Positions 25,785-40,047 of a stretch of 64,000 nt of DNA are shown here, in pieces (positions within the stretch are counted from its first letter, which is position 1; each line of letters begins with the position of its first letter). The translations under genes were made by a program, and so were the position numbers. The notes under the pieces were generated by a model that worked only from the letters and a program-made list of their open reading frames with translations, was not told where the DNA came from and ran no database searches. The DNA is from the human T2T-CHM13v2.0 reference genome, Homo sapiens: NCBI RefSeq assembly GCF_009914755.1, contig NC_060929.1, one strand, 5' to 3'.

Positions 25785-25995
25785 AGCACAGACTCTGGAG
25801 TCAGATAGGCTGGGGATAAATTCCCGCTCCCCGACTTGTTAGCTATGTGACTTTGGAAACATTACTTCACATCTCCGTGTCTCAGTTCCTTCATCTGTTC
25901 AATGGAAATAACAATAGTGTTAAGGGGAGAGTAGATGAGATAATGTCTGGGACAAGATAAGTGCTCAATTAAAGTTAGCTATTGTTAGTAGCTAT
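25785..25995 (+). mobile_element. MIR SINE
   Basis: agcacagactctggagtcaga...agctatgtgactttgg...tctcagttccttcatctg. Confidence 0.8.
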
Positions 25996-26949
25996 TACTA
26001 AACCCTGAGAAGAAGGGGTAGGTGGCGATATGACTCCACCAAGAATATGCTTAAGTTTCTCCTTCATCTGGGTCAGTTTCCATAGGCTTTGCAAAATAGA
26101 TGCTATTTCACAAATGAGGACAACTAAATCTCAGAGAAATTAACTGGTTCTGAGTCACACAGCTTCATCAGGATGCCATGAAGAAACAGGATACAATGCA
26201 CACTCTCCTTTAGCTGTGCCCCCAATAACCCTCCTGCATAACTTCTGGCTTCCTAAGAGAGGACTAATGGTTGTAGCCCCTGAAATCCACCTACACACTC
26301 TCCCTGAGATAGTCTGTAGTGGACAGCTCCCAAATGCTTTCCATTTTGAGGAAAGACAGCTTGAAGAGCAACTTGCAAATGCAAGGTCAGATACCAAGCC
26401 CAGAGGCCGTACGGATGTCACACCTCAGTTCTTATGGTGATGACTTGGCATTTAGAGATGAAAAAATCATCTCCAAGGCAACGTAGGTGACTTATTTACA
26501 GATGATTAATCCCATTGTATACTACTGCCAAATCCACTTCTGGCTTCACGCCTGGTGACATGGGGAAAATACCACGGCTTCTTCGTCTTGGGTACATTTC
26601 CATCTGCTGGGCATTCTCTGGGTTCCAGGGGGAGGTGAGTCAACAGTCTGTCAATGCTATGGATTTAGTGTCTTGATGTGGGTTCTAATGAGAGAGTTTT
26701 TATAATGTTTCACGCCCTCCCACCCCTGCCAGCCACAATGGTAATATCAAACCCAGAGACCAGGAACAGAGGAACTTGCTTTCTTCCAGCTTTAGATCTT
26801 CCACCTAATATGATCAGAGAATTCTTATTTCATTTAATATGTCTTTCATAAGTGCCTACTCTGCACCAGATACTGTCCCAGAATAGAAGAAAGTACACTT
26901 CCGGAAAATTTGCTATGATCATGAAGAAACTGAACTCAGACAATAATAA

Positions 26950-27150
26950 TTATAATAATATCTCCTATTTATTAAGCATTTGCTGTGTGCCAGTTGCTGT
27001 ACCAGGAACATCACAGTTTATCCTCCCCAAAGCCCTTGGCTGTAGGTCCTATGGTATCCCTGTTTTTCTCTTAATAAAGATAAAACACAGAGAGGTTAAG
27101 AAGCTTTCCCAGGATGGCACAGCTGGGCAAGTGGTGGAGTTGATTTTACG
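26950..27150 (-). mobile_element. MIR SINE
   Basis: tttattaagcatttgctgtgtgccag...acagagaggttaagaagctttcccagg. Confidence 0.75.
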
Positions 27151-27156
27151 CAAACA

Positions 27157-27762
27157 CAGTCAGTTCTCATTATTTGTGGCAGTTATGTTCTATAAAGTGG
27201 CTGTGAGCACTGAATTAACAAGTACTAAACAGTTGCTCCTACAGGAAACACAGGGTTAGATTCCTTTGAGCCTCTGATCAATATATAACCTTGTTTTAAT
27301 TATGTTTTGTTTAAAGATATCTTATTCAATATACACTTTTGATTCATTAACACTGAACTTATAGCAACAGCACTGTGACTCATCCCCAAATGATGCTTCT
27401 CTTACGCATATATTTTGTCTGTAAGGCACACAGCAGCCTTCTACTTAGGATCACTTTAGCACTATGCTTTGGGACCATTTTAAACAGCAAAATCACCATC
27501 ATGAAGCATAAAAATGAGAAAAAATGGGGCACTAAATAGACCACAAAAGAGACACTTGTTCTCAGGCTGAGAGCTGAAATGAAAAAAGCAGAGTGTCACT
27601 TTGTTGTCCCACCTCAGCTAGGAATGCTTGTGTTGAGTGACTCAAATTTTTTGCTGCTCTAAGAATACCTGCAAGTGACCACAAATGTGCCATGAGTGTT
27701 GATCTTAAAGTTACAAATAAATTTTAGCATGTAGAGAAATTCCATTCATAAGGAGAATTGGG
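27157..27762. mobile_element. MER82 (TcMar-Tigger)
   Basis: cagttctcattatttgtggcagttatgttctataaagt...cacagggttagattcc; matching terminus ataaggagaattg. Confidence 0.85.
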
Positions 27763-27813
27763 TATAGTCTTATTCCAGAGTATGTTTTTACTCTTATTCA
27801 CACTTTACCCCCC

Positions 27814-28401
27814 TGTGGTCAGCAGCCTCTAAGATAGCCTTCAGGGATCCCCACCTCCTGGTCTTCATGCCCTTGGTAACACCCTTGGTAATGCCAATCC
27901 CCTTGAGTATGTGCCAGACCTAGTGACTCATTTCTAATGAATAGAATGTGGTATAAGGTCATAGGATATCACTTTCAAGGTTCAGTTACAAAAAAACTAT
28001 AGCTTCCATCTTGGACACTCTTTCTCTTTTATTAATTTTCTGGGAAGCTTGCTGTCATGTTTTGAACTGCCCTATGGAGAAAGCAACATGGCTAAGAATA
28101 TGAGAGAGCCAACAGGACAATGAGGACCTCAATACAGCAAGAAACCAAATCCTGCCAACAACCATGTGAGTAAATATATCCTCCCCCAGTCAAGACTTCG
28201 AGTGAGATTGCTGCCCTGACCAATACATTAGTTGTAGCCTTGTAAGAAACCTTAGAACCAGAGGCAGTAAGCTAAGCCATGCATAGATTCTTGGCCCAAA
28301 GAAACTATAAAATAATAAGTTTTTGTTTTAAGTCACTAAGTTATGTTTTAAGTCACTATGTTTTAGGGTAATTTGTTACAAAGCAAAAGATAACTAGCAC
28401 A
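27814..28401 (+). mobile_element. MaLR solo LTR MLT1F-like
   Basis: tgtggtcagcagcctctaagat...gacctagtgactcatttctaatgaatagaat...taatttgttaca..gataactagcaca. Confidence 0.85.
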
Positions 28402-28429
28402 ACTGCCTTCTCACATGCTACATTTATTA

Positions 28430-28640
28430 GATTGCATGGAATTATTAGCTACATTCTTTACAATGCTCTACTACATCTAATCCTCACCATGACCTGGTAA
28501 ATTACTGATATTATTCTCATTTTGTAGATAAAGCAACTGTCCATCAGAAAGATTGAGTAACTTGACCAAGGTAACACATCTAAAGGTGAATCAGGTTTTT
28601 GACCACAGATTTGGTCAACCCCCAAACTCTCAAGCTAGAC
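28430..28640 (-). mobile_element. MIR SINE
   Basis: tattattctcattttgtagataaagcaactg...agtaacttgaccaaggtaacac. Confidence 0.7.
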
Positions 28641-28901
28641 TTGATTTGCACAATACCATTGAGCTGGGATCAGAATGCATTCCTCTTGATTTCAAGGTCC
28701 ATTTTTTTTCCTGTTTCTCATTTAAAAAAATAAACCTTCAAATGAAAGAAAGATTATATGAGATGGAAAGATTCAGGTGGACATAATGATATTCAGTGTC
28801 TACCACTACTTCTTTCTAATCCTCATCTGCAAAAGAAGGCCTTTGAGCAAAGGATTGGGCAAATGCTATTTCTTACAAAGTTACCGCACCTGGAATCTAA
28901 T

Positions 28902-29290
28902 TGTATTAATCTTCTCAGGTTTCCATAACAGAATACCAGAGGTTGGATGGCTTAAACAACAGAAATTTGTTTTCTCACAGTTCTGGAGGCTGAAAGTCTG
29001 AGACCAAGGTGCCAGCATGTTCAGTTTCTGCTCTGGCCCCTCTTCCTGAGTTGTAGATGTCCACCTTCTTGCTTTGTTCTAACACGGCTCTCACAGAGAG
29101 AGAGGGTTCTCTAGTGTATCCTGTTCTTGTAAGGACACTAATTCCATCAGATTAGGACACCTTATAACCTCATTTAACCTTACTTCCCTAAAAGCCATAT
29201 CTCCAAATACCATCACATTAGAGGTTAGGGCTTCAAGATAGGAATTTTGCGGGGGTGCTGGTAGGGGACATAATTCAGTTTATAATATAA
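28902..29290 (-). mobile_element. MaLR solo LTR MLT1A/B-like
   Basis: ggcttaaacaacagaaatttgttttctcacagttctggaggctg...tatctccaaataccatcacatt. Confidence 0.85.
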
Positions 29291-29499
29291 ATTGACATTC
29301 ATTTATTGGCCACTAGATCCAAAACTGGATAGAGATTAAGGATGCCACTCCCAGTGTATAAGCCTGAAACTTGATGTGGAAAGGGACCAAGAGATATCCA
29401 GTAACCAAATCAACTTCTTACCTCTCTACTCCTTGATTTCTGACAGACACACTGAGACTGATAACCCTGCAGTGGAGGCCTGAACTTAGGCTATGTGTA

Positions 29500-29640
29500 G
29501 CATTAGTAAATGGCTCAAACAACTCCAAACTCCTCATTTTACAAATGAGGACCTTGAAGCTCAGAAAGATAAAATGACTTGCCCAGGGTTGCAGAGCTGG
29601 CTAGTGGCAGGGCCAGGCTTGGGTTTAAGTATAATGGCTT
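29500..29640 (-). mobile_element. MIR SINE
   Basis: cctcattttacaaatgagg...tgacttgcccaggg...gctagtggcag. Confidence 0.7.
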
Positions 29641-29914
29641 TCACCCTCATGCCCCTTCCCCTTGGCCAGGCTAGAAGATGGGTGTCCTGAGAAACCCTCA
29701 GAAGGAGAACACTGGACAAATCCTTGAAGTCTCCCGGGCACGTGGGGATTGTGATGGAGGGGTGTATTGTGTGTGTGAGTGTGTGTATGTGGAGTGTTGC
29801 TGGGCAGCACAAGACAGCATAGCTGGCACCTTTGTTTTCCTCATGATTCAGTTTCTTCTCTTGGGCCCCTCTTCCTGTGTAAAATAAAAGCCCCTCCTGG
29901 CAGTTTACTAAGGG

Positions 29915-30112
29915 TAGGGATTGACAGACTTTTTTTTTTTTTAGGCTCTTTAGGCCAGACGATCTCTCTTGCAACTCAACCCAGCCATTGCCGCTTAAAA
30001 GTAGCCATAGACCATGTATAATCAAATAGGTGTGGCTGTGTGCTAACAAAACTTTATTTACAAACAGAGAGCAGGCTGGATTTGTTCTAAGGATATATTT
30101 TGTAGAGCTGCT
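29915..30112. mobile_element. MER58A hAT MITE (opposite orientation to the 22.6 kb copy)
   Basis: gccatagaccatgtata...gtgtggctgtgtgctaacaaaactttatttacaaacag. Confidence 0.8.
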
Positions 30113-30279
30113 AGAGCTAGGGTGCTTTCTTTGTCCCTGACAAACATCCTCACATGAACTTACTCATCCCTTTTCTTATTTTGCCAAGTTCTCAGATTCT
30201 GAAGACCAGGACTCCTCATGAATCTGTCAGCCCCCCTCACCCCAGCTCTGGGCCTCTGTGTCACCACCACTGCCACCTC

Positions 30280-30450
30280 ATCATTATTTTATTTCATGCC
30301 AGTCACTAGACTAAACACCTTACAGGCTTTATCACATTTAATTCCTTCAGCAACACCAACAGGTAAGTATCACTCCACATCTAACACGACTTGCCTGAGG
30401 CTTAAAGAACTAAGTAACTTGTCCAAGGTTGTTGTAAATACTAAGTGCAG
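30280..30450 (-). mobile_element. MIR SINE
   Basis: catttaattccttcagcaac...ctgaggcttaaagaactaagtaacttgtccaagg. Confidence 0.65.
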
Positions 30451-30624
30451 ATTTTTACTTTTTTTTTTAAAAAAAAATTTGTGAATCCCAAGCTCTTAAT
30501 AAAATCTCTACTAACTCCTGAGTAGATGGTTTTAAACTAGCACAATGAGAAAAATCACCAAAGTTAAAAGAATATAGAGTAACAAGCTGAACCCTTTAAT
30601 CTCAATTGTAGGCCTAGAGATCTA

Positions 30625-30812
30625 GAGCAGTGCTCACTAGGCCAGGGAACAAATGAAGGTGAGCATCAGATTCTGCTGGGGAGATTGTTAAAATGCACAT
30701 TCCTGGGCCCCGCTCTCAGTTATTCTAATTTCTTAAACACAGGAGGAGACCCAGGAATCTGCATTTAAGCGAGCATCCCAGATTCTAGGACCAGTGAGAG
30801 GCACACAACTTC
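30625..30812. mobile_element. MER5A/B MITE
   Basis: gcatcagattc..ggggagattgttaaaatgcacattcctgggcccc...cccaggaatctgcattt. Confidence 0.75.
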
Positions 30813-31784
30813 TGAGGTCCTACTAAAAAAATGCTGTCATCAGACTTGATGCAGCTAAGATGCTTTGGGGCATCTACTTCTGCATCTCCGGTCCTTTTGG
30901 ATGGCTCAGCAGCATGACAGCTCTCGCTCTGATTCAGCACTAATGTCCTAACATTATGCTCCTTAGAAAGCATAACTGCTGTACTTTAAGTACAGCCCCA
31001 GGAGAATGAGAGCTCTGGTTTTCTTTCCTTTTCTCTTCTCCTCTTTTATTTCTCAATTCTTGGCATGTCTATGAATATCAAATGAGTGAATTTTATCAGA
31101 AACTTTTAATTTCTTAATGTGGCCCTTTCAAGCCCCCCCCAGGACTTCGGGGAAAAGAGAAAGGGCTCATTTCAATTTGAACCTTCAGTAATCGCACTAA
31201 TACAAATAAGCAAGGGATGACTACTTGGCACATACATGGTTGGTATTTATGAGAATGTGGAGGTTAATGCAGATTTTGCATGCACGATTTTTTTCTTCTG
31301 CTTGGCGATTTAGGCACTCACATCTCTACCCCACCAGCAGCGTCTTAGAGGCAGTGAGAACTCTATTTTAGAAGGTGAGTCTGTCCTTTCAAGTTGACAA
31401 CTTGCTTGCCTTTCGGTCCAACCCCAGTCACCTGCCCCAGACCCATTCTAGAAGTGTCCCATTCTCCTCATGAATGAGAAATGAATGTGCTGTTGTAGGC
31501 TCGCAGGCACAATGCATCATTCTGAGTGTGTGCTGGGCTCCTCGGCTTATATTCCAAACATGCTGTGAATGCTCAATTGCAACCACTGGGTTTCTTCAAC
31601 CTGACTTGCAATCAAATGGATATCGTTTGTGCGGGGGTGGTAGAAAGTGAGTAATGGTGTGTAGTTTCATGGAGATGCTTGTTCTAATAAAATATTTCAA
31701 GGTCCAGTGTTCCAAATCTCATTACAATTTTGCTATGAAAAGAAATAGGGTATGTATGTGTGTGTATTTGTGAGAAACTGGTAA

Positions 31785-32105
<321 letters not shown>

Positions 32106-32267
32106 TATTTCTTAATCTGTTAGGAAAACAGAAAACAGCCCGGGAAAAGAAAGAAAACAGAAGTCAAGACGTCCCATCTGTGATACAGAATAACCCATGA
32201 CTTAAGAATATTTCATGTAATGACTTCAAACTACAGTAAGACTTCAGTACTTAAGAGCATAGATGTT

Positions 32268-32490
32268 GGAGTGAGATGGTTGGGTCTAAATCTTGGCTCC
32301 ACCATTCATTGGCTCTGTGTCTTTGGGAACCTTCCATAACCTCTGTAAGTCTCAGCCTCCTTGTCTGTAAACTGAAAGTAATAATAGTCCTTCCATCATT
32401 AGGCTGTTGCAAAGATAAAATGAAATAGTGTATGTAAAAGTACTTGCATGCCTGGCACATAGTAGGAGCTCAATAACTGTTAGTTTTCCA
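32268..32490 (+). mobile_element. MIR SINE
   Basis: Head through tail gcctggcacatagtaggagctcaataa. Confidence 0.8.
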
Positions 32491-32700
32491 TTCATCAGGT
32501 TTTCATTCAAAAAACATTTATGAAGTGCCTGTTACATGTCAAGCACCATTTTTACGTACTTATGAAAAAGCAGTGCACAAACAGACAGGAATCCCTACCT
32601 TTATATCTAACGGGGTCAAGCAAGTAAAACGCAACTGATATGAAGTGGTGTTGAGTACTTTGGAAAAAATGAAGCTGGGCAACAGCGCTAGGTAATGGCA
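32490..32700 (-). mobile_element. L2 3' end
   Basis: ttcattcaaaaaacatttatgaagtgcctgttacatgtcaagcacc. Confidence 0.65.
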
Positions 32701-32924
32701 GAGTGAGCAGGGGTCATTTTCCTGCTGCCCCTGAGCTGCATGAGGATTGCAGTCTGGGACATAAGGAGTGGTGTGGGAATGTTGAGTGTCTTGTAATGAT
32801 AGAAGAAAACTGGGAAAAGAGGCATAAAGAAATTAGCACTGACCTAATGATGTCAAGGCAGAGAATATTAGTTAATGGAAGCTTGGGAAGAAGTGGCTTT
32901 ATAGATGATGATTATTATCTTTAC

Positions 32925-33095
32925 TATAAAAGGCTCCCCAGCTTGGGATCAATGGATGAGATAAAGGGGGCATCTGGAACTCCTGAATTTTTATGTAAAA
33001 TTATATACATATGGGTAGGTATGTGCAAGGAGAAATTTCATACATTTTATCCCATTCTCAAAGGGACCGAAGACCAAAACAGAGTTAGGACTGCT
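32925..33095. mobile_element. MER103C-like hAT MITE
   Basis: gggatcaatggat...gaactcctgaa...attctcaaagggacc..gaccaaaacagagttagga. Confidence 0.65.
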
Positions 33096-34780
33096 TATCT
33101 CCTTGGTTCATAAGAAGGTGGCCACACTGAACAGTGTCAGTTGACACCTTTTGTCCTTGCAAGAGTATGAATGATGCTCCCTTTCATCCTCCAAGCTGTG
33201 GAGATAATTTTAGGGTCTCCTGAGCTGTAAGGCTCCTACCTTACTTCTTTGTTTGATGCATCCCTACATCTCTTAGACGGTATTCAGCCCTGGGTTGAGA
33301 AAAAGAGTCTAGAACACCTTTCAAATGGAATATTGGGAGCACAGGTTGTACAGCTCACTATATGCCTAGGCTGATGTCCTTGGGTGTTCCCTGACCACAG
33401 AGGAGAGGACAGGAGTGGCTCCCCTTTAGGAATCGGGGTAAGTTTCCAGAGGATTCCTTCCAACATGCTCTTTCCCATAAGTTCGCTTTCACGCGCTCCC
33501 TCATTTCCCAAACTGAAACTGTAACAGTGTGCCAACTTGGCTGTAGGCAGGACAAAGCAAAAAACAAAGCACCCGGACAACCAATAAGATAGATGATGAG
33601 AGCTGGGGGCCCCTAACACTGGGAACTTGGGTGGCAAAAATCCCAGATCTTTTTCCACTGGACTAAGCTTGAGGTATGTGTCTGAGTGTCCAAGAAGTTT
33701 ATCGAAAATGGTGACTGGAAGATCCTTCCCTTCTAGGCACTTAAAATGTCTGAATTTTGCTTCCTTATCAGCAAAACGAACAGAGGTAAATGGAAAGTAA
33801 ATGTTAAGCTGCATAAAGAGCCAACAGAATTAAATATAGATGAGTGACCTAATTCTAGCCTCCCCACTCCTGACTTTCTACTTCATTTCTTTTTGGTCTC
33901 CTTATGTGGCTACCACTTTCCCTGAACAAGAAAGACTTTGGTTAATGACTTTGGACTCTTTTGGGTCTTCTGACCTTGGAGCAGCCAGAAAATAGAGCTG
34001 TGTTCATAAAAGAGAGAGAAAAAGAAGAAAAAAAGCAAGAAACTGGGAATTGGAGTGTCCATTGAGTGTCCATTGGAGTGACCCTCTTGGTCATTTTTGG
34101 AAGGCTCATTGTTTAAGTTTGGAAGTCTAAGGCCATCAGTGGATCATGTTACATTTGCTGCATGGCTTTGGTATTATAAGTGTAAACCCACTAGTGGTGG
34201 GCTTTCCAAATGATTCAAATTTATTATAAAATTATTGGACATAACAAAAGATTATCCAATATGAAACTATCTAATCTGACTAAACCAAACATTTTCTTAA
34301 GATATACCACAACATAGGCACATACAGATTCCTTTGGGAGAGAAGAGGCCACAGCACCCCAATCCGTCTACATGGTATTGTGATGGCTCATGTGGGTGTG
34401 GCTTGAAGTTCTGGATGCTCTCTCACTCAGAAGCCACCTAGAACAGTGCTGAGGATGGGATCTTGGATGAGGTCCAGAGTTCCCAGTCCGAGACTGCACC
34501 TTCAAGTGCCAGGACAGTGGAAGCAAGTGTCATGAAGCTGTGGAAGCTCAGGGCTCTTATACTTGGTAAACCCTGCTGGATATGACCAGTGTGCATGCTG
34601 GCTCTTCTACCCCCACCCATCAGGCTGTAGACTTTACGTTTACACAAATCAGGCAATCCTAATATGTTGATCCTGATACTATGCAGTGGCCCTCGATGGG
34701 ATGTCGGCAGCTCTATTAGATTGATACAATAAAGTATTATGGGACTCAGAGTCATAATTGAACATATACACCATACTGTG

Positions 34781-35110
34781 CAGAGGTCATGGGTCAAATT
34801 GAGTCAAAAAATGTTTTTTTTTCTACTTTTGTGTCGTTTTTGCCTTCACAGTGGGTTTGTTTGCTTGTTTTTGACACTCACATTTTAAAACCATGAGACT
34901 GCATATGACAATGCAATTTCTGGTTTTGTGTATATGTGTGTGTTTTTTTAAACAGAAGATATAGGTTTCCTAGGCCCTCATTATCACACACCAAACAGGA
35001 GCAGACATTTGCTTTCCATTTGGCTCCTGTTTCTACCTGGCACAGTCCTCTGTCCCTGCAGGCATGTCACTCTGCTGCCTTGATTTGGAAGCCTAGATTC
35101 TCCTACAGTC
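34781..35110. mobile_element. MER102-like hAT element
   Basis: catttaaaaccatgagactgcatatgac..atttctgg...gaagatat.g...ctaggccc. Confidence 0.5.
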
Positions 35111-35308
35111 TCAGGTCCAGACTGGTGATGTCCAAGACTCCATTTAAGGAAGGACCTTCCCAATGACCTTCTCTACCCTTTCCGGATGGTAGTATCCGTG
35201 GCTGCTACCTGCAGGACTTGGCACATCACAGAGAGACTGTGATGAGAGCCCACGACTCCCTTAAGATGAAGGCACTAGTGTTAGAGCACCCCATGAGTAA
35301 AGGGGAAG

Positions 35309-36138
<830 letters not shown>

Positions 36139-36469
36139 TGATCCTTGGTCCAGATGATTTCCCTGCTCCTTTTCCCTTGTCAGTGTGTTATTCTGGGATG
36201 AAGCCATCACTCTGTCTGCCCTCACAACAGAAGCTTCTTCATTTGTGTTCACTTTCTTTCTCCCTGCTGGTCAGTGGTCTTGAATTTCACTAAGTACTGC
36301 AGGTGTGAATTGCCTTGGGTTACATCTTTTGGATGGAGTCTATGGCAGTCAATATTTTCTCAGGATGCTATCTCTCAGCAAGACTTAAGCCAATAAATGG
36401 CAAGCGGGCAATCAACAAGGACTTATTAATCCCCTGATCTTTGTTCAGCACCACAGGCTTTCTGAAGAA

Positions 36470-37030
36470 CTATTATATTTAATTCCTTCTGTAGCAAGTA
36501 ACAGACACCCTTGTCAAAGTTGCTTAAGCAAAGGAAGAATTTATTGGCCCCAGAATAAAATATCAAGTCATGGGAAGGGGAGGGCCATAGCTGGGCCTTG
36601 AGAAAAGTAAAGTAGAACTTCAGCAAGATCAGTATTCTCTGTTTATATCTCACATCTGCTTTTTACTGTATGTTGGGCTTATTCTCCATATGATAGAAAA
36701 ATGTCCACCAATGTTTCCTGATTGTATTCTCTCTACTTTGGCCATGGGAAAGAAAAGACTTCCTCATTCTGGGTCCTCCAAGCCTATGGAAATTCTCTGA
36801 TTGGTCTGACCTAATTCAGGTGCCTATCCCTGGACCAATCAACTATGGTGTGGATGGAAGTGAAGGAGATACGCAGGTCAATCAGCTGTGACCTGAGGCG
36901 GCCCATGTTGTACTAAGAGGACAGCTTCCACCATAACTATATGGAAGTTGAATGAGTTGAAGGTGCAGAAGCCTGTCTCAGAAAAAAAAAAAAAAAAGGA
37001 TGAGAGTCTTAAGAAGACTAAACATTGCAT
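36470..37030 (-). mobile_element. MaLR solo LTR MLT1K/L-like
   Basis: tagcaagtaacagacaccc...gcttaagcaaa...ttctctgattggtc..caggtgcctatccctggaccaatca. Confidence 0.7.
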
Positions 37031-37123
37031 CCAGTACATCTGCATATAGGATTTTATAATTGAATAGGGAGTTAAGAATTACATATAGAAACAGCAGTGA
37101 TAAAAGACTGTTGTGTTACTGAT

Positions 37124-38661
37124 TGTGAGATGAAGCAGAGGCTCCTTATAGGGACCTGCTGGATTTCCCCACCCCCTTCAAAGTATGAAAATAAAGAAAG
37201 ATTTGAATCCCTTCAAGGGAGATTCTAGGCACCTAGCTTGCCCTGCCACCAGCAATTAAGGAAGTGAGTGAATAACCCACTAAGCAAGAAGGTAATAATA
37301 ATGTAAACAATAGTCACTCAAGTAAGTTAGAGTCACATGATGTTTGGTTTCCTATAGAAACAAAAGCTAACATCTTAACATATATTCTTGAGTTGTTTTG
37401 AGTTGTTTTTCAGAAATCTGGACCCTCCCACCAAATGTAAAATGTTGACTGCTGTGTGTAGACCTCAGAAAATTGGGAACTGAGGACTTAACTCCAACTG
37501 CCATTCTTTGTTCTGTCTTTTTTTTCCCTAAGGAGCCTGGAGAGAGTCACACCCATAGGCCAAATCTTAACATTCCTTTCTGCTGACCCCGAGTTTTTAG
37601 ACGAGCCTTCCTTAACCAATTGCAAATCGAAGAATCTACCTATGACCTGTAAGCTCTCACTTCAAGATGAAACCACCACTGCAAAATTATAAGTGAGACA
37701 GTGAAAGAGATCTGACTTAACCAACTCCATCTCCCTTCTAACCTGCAAGCTGTCCTTTTTCATTCCTGGGCATAGGCTGAACTAACTTTGGGATGAATTT
37801 AGCTTATAGTTTATAGTTTAGAACAAAGACAGTAACAGCCCTTTCCCAAAACAAACCCCCTTCTTGCTTGGGGACTAGACTGCCTTTGTAGGACTAACAA
37901 ATTAGCCAAAAGATTAGAAATTATGGTTTAGCAGTCATGCAGCTGAAGGCTACAAGATTCTGACCCTTCCCAAATTGCTCCTGGGGATAACATCACTATT
38001 ATAAAGCCTAAGATCAGGGTTTGAGATATTTTGCAGATTCTTCACTCAATGGATCAGCTGGTACCACCCAGATTGATAAACTGGTTCATCTCATCTTGTG
38101 GCCCCCACCCAGGGACTGACTCAGTGCAGCTTCAACTCCCTATGATTTCATCTCCAGCCCAATCAGTTAGCACTCTTGACTCACTGGCTGCCCCCCATCC
38201 ACCAAATTATTCTTAAAAACTCTCATCCCCAAATGTTCAGGAGACTGATTTGAGTAATCATAAAACTCCAGTGTCCTGCACAGCCAGCTCTGCATGAATT
38301 ACTCTTTCTCTATTGCAGTTCCTCTTTCTTGATAAATTGGCTCTGTCGAGGCAGTGGGTAAGGTGAACCCATTGGGTGGTTACAAAGATACTCCCCCTTT
38401 TTGGGCCAAACAAATGTATAACCACTGTGTATCAAGCTATAATTTTCCCTGTAACTTCTACTTTCTTGAAATATACCCCTACCTTTAAAAACCATTCCTT
38501 GTAAGTCACTGGGGAGTTTGTGTCCTAATCATCAACTGCCTGATTCTTCCTGCTTGATGCCCTGCAATAAATGCCTCACTTTCTCTTGCAGCAAATCCTG
38601 GTATCATTATTTGGCTTTTTTTGTGCACTAGGCGAGTAGACCCAAGTTCCATTCTGTACCA
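37124..38661 (+). mobile_element. MER39-like ERV1 solo LTR (split by LTR8)
   Basis: cccttcaagggagattctaggcacctagc...agcaagaaggtaata; resumes at 38385 with poly-A signal aataaa near 38566. Confidence 0.75.
37668..38384 (+). mobile_element. LTR8 ERV1 solo LTR
   Basis: tgaaacc...gcaaaattataagtgagacagtgaaagagatctgac to gaacccattgggtggttaca; TG..CA ends; 4-bp TSD aaga (37664-37667, 38385-38388). Confidence 0.9.
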
Positions 38662-38806
38662 ATTTTTAGAAATAAGTGTGCAAAATGGGCTGGTATCAAG
38701 AGTGACACCATCTAGTGCTGGCTTTTTCAAATTGAAATAGTGGGATAGAAGAAACTTGAAATAAACATGATTCTTTCTCCAGGAGTTTCAATTTTACACA
38801 AAATCA

Positions 38807-39214
<408 letters not shown>

Positions 39215-40047
39215 AAAAATTCAAGCTTTTTGACCTGGGACTCCAGTCTTCTTGTCAATACACTCTATTGCCCTAATAAAACTGGTGAAGAAGTTTTAAC
39301 AGTTTGGAGGGTAACTTGAAGTTCTTGACTATTGCTTGTCAAGAAGCCGTGTGGTCTTGGAATACTTAGCTCCTCTGGGCTAAAAGAATTCGAGGTTGGT
39401 GGGGAGGGATGATACAGACTGTGGAAGGGGATTCCTGAACTCCCTCTGGCAATAACATTCTGTGTAGGTTTTGTTTTGTTTACTTTGGAAAGCAGGATTT
39501 AAGCAATAGAGCCACAGAGTAAATGAGGTTTTATTAGTTTATAGTGCTTTTACCTCAGTTTGGGGATCTAAAGACTGTCCTTGTGATTAGCATATTACCT
39601 TCAGTACTTTCTAGGAAATGCTGCTTAAGTAATGCAAATGAGTAGAGCTATTTTGCTAATTAGAGGTACTAGACTGAAGGACACCAGGCCTCAAATAGGA
39701 CAATAGAATAAAAAGAGAATGGAAGTAGTTGGAATGAGGTCAATGAAGGTGGGAGGCCTTTGGGTAGCTGTTGGGTAGCTGCCTGAGGGGCAGTTGAGCC
39801 TAAAAAGTAGATTTGGAAATAGGAAGGTGATTTTCTCCCTGGGAAAGCTGGCAGTACTGACTTTGCACTAGGCTTTTCACACCTATTCCAGTAGAAGCCA
39901 CGCTCTCCTTACGTAGGACACATCTTCCCACTTGTGTTCTAAACACCTCTCTTCCTCCCTTGTCTTGGATCAATTGATTTCCAGTAAGTATCACTTATCT
40001 TGTATATTCCTGGCCTCTGTGTCCTGGTTGGTATCTTCCATCAATAT

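Noticed and set aside
33284-33814. Longest ORF in the track (176 aa, - strand)
   Set aside because: No recognisable domain, partly overlaps a MIR-like remnant, no exon structure; consistent with a chance ORF
39760-39781. Short tandem duplications of 10-17 bp (also near 28323, 37389 and 49654)
   Set aside because: Ordinary slippage products with no further structure
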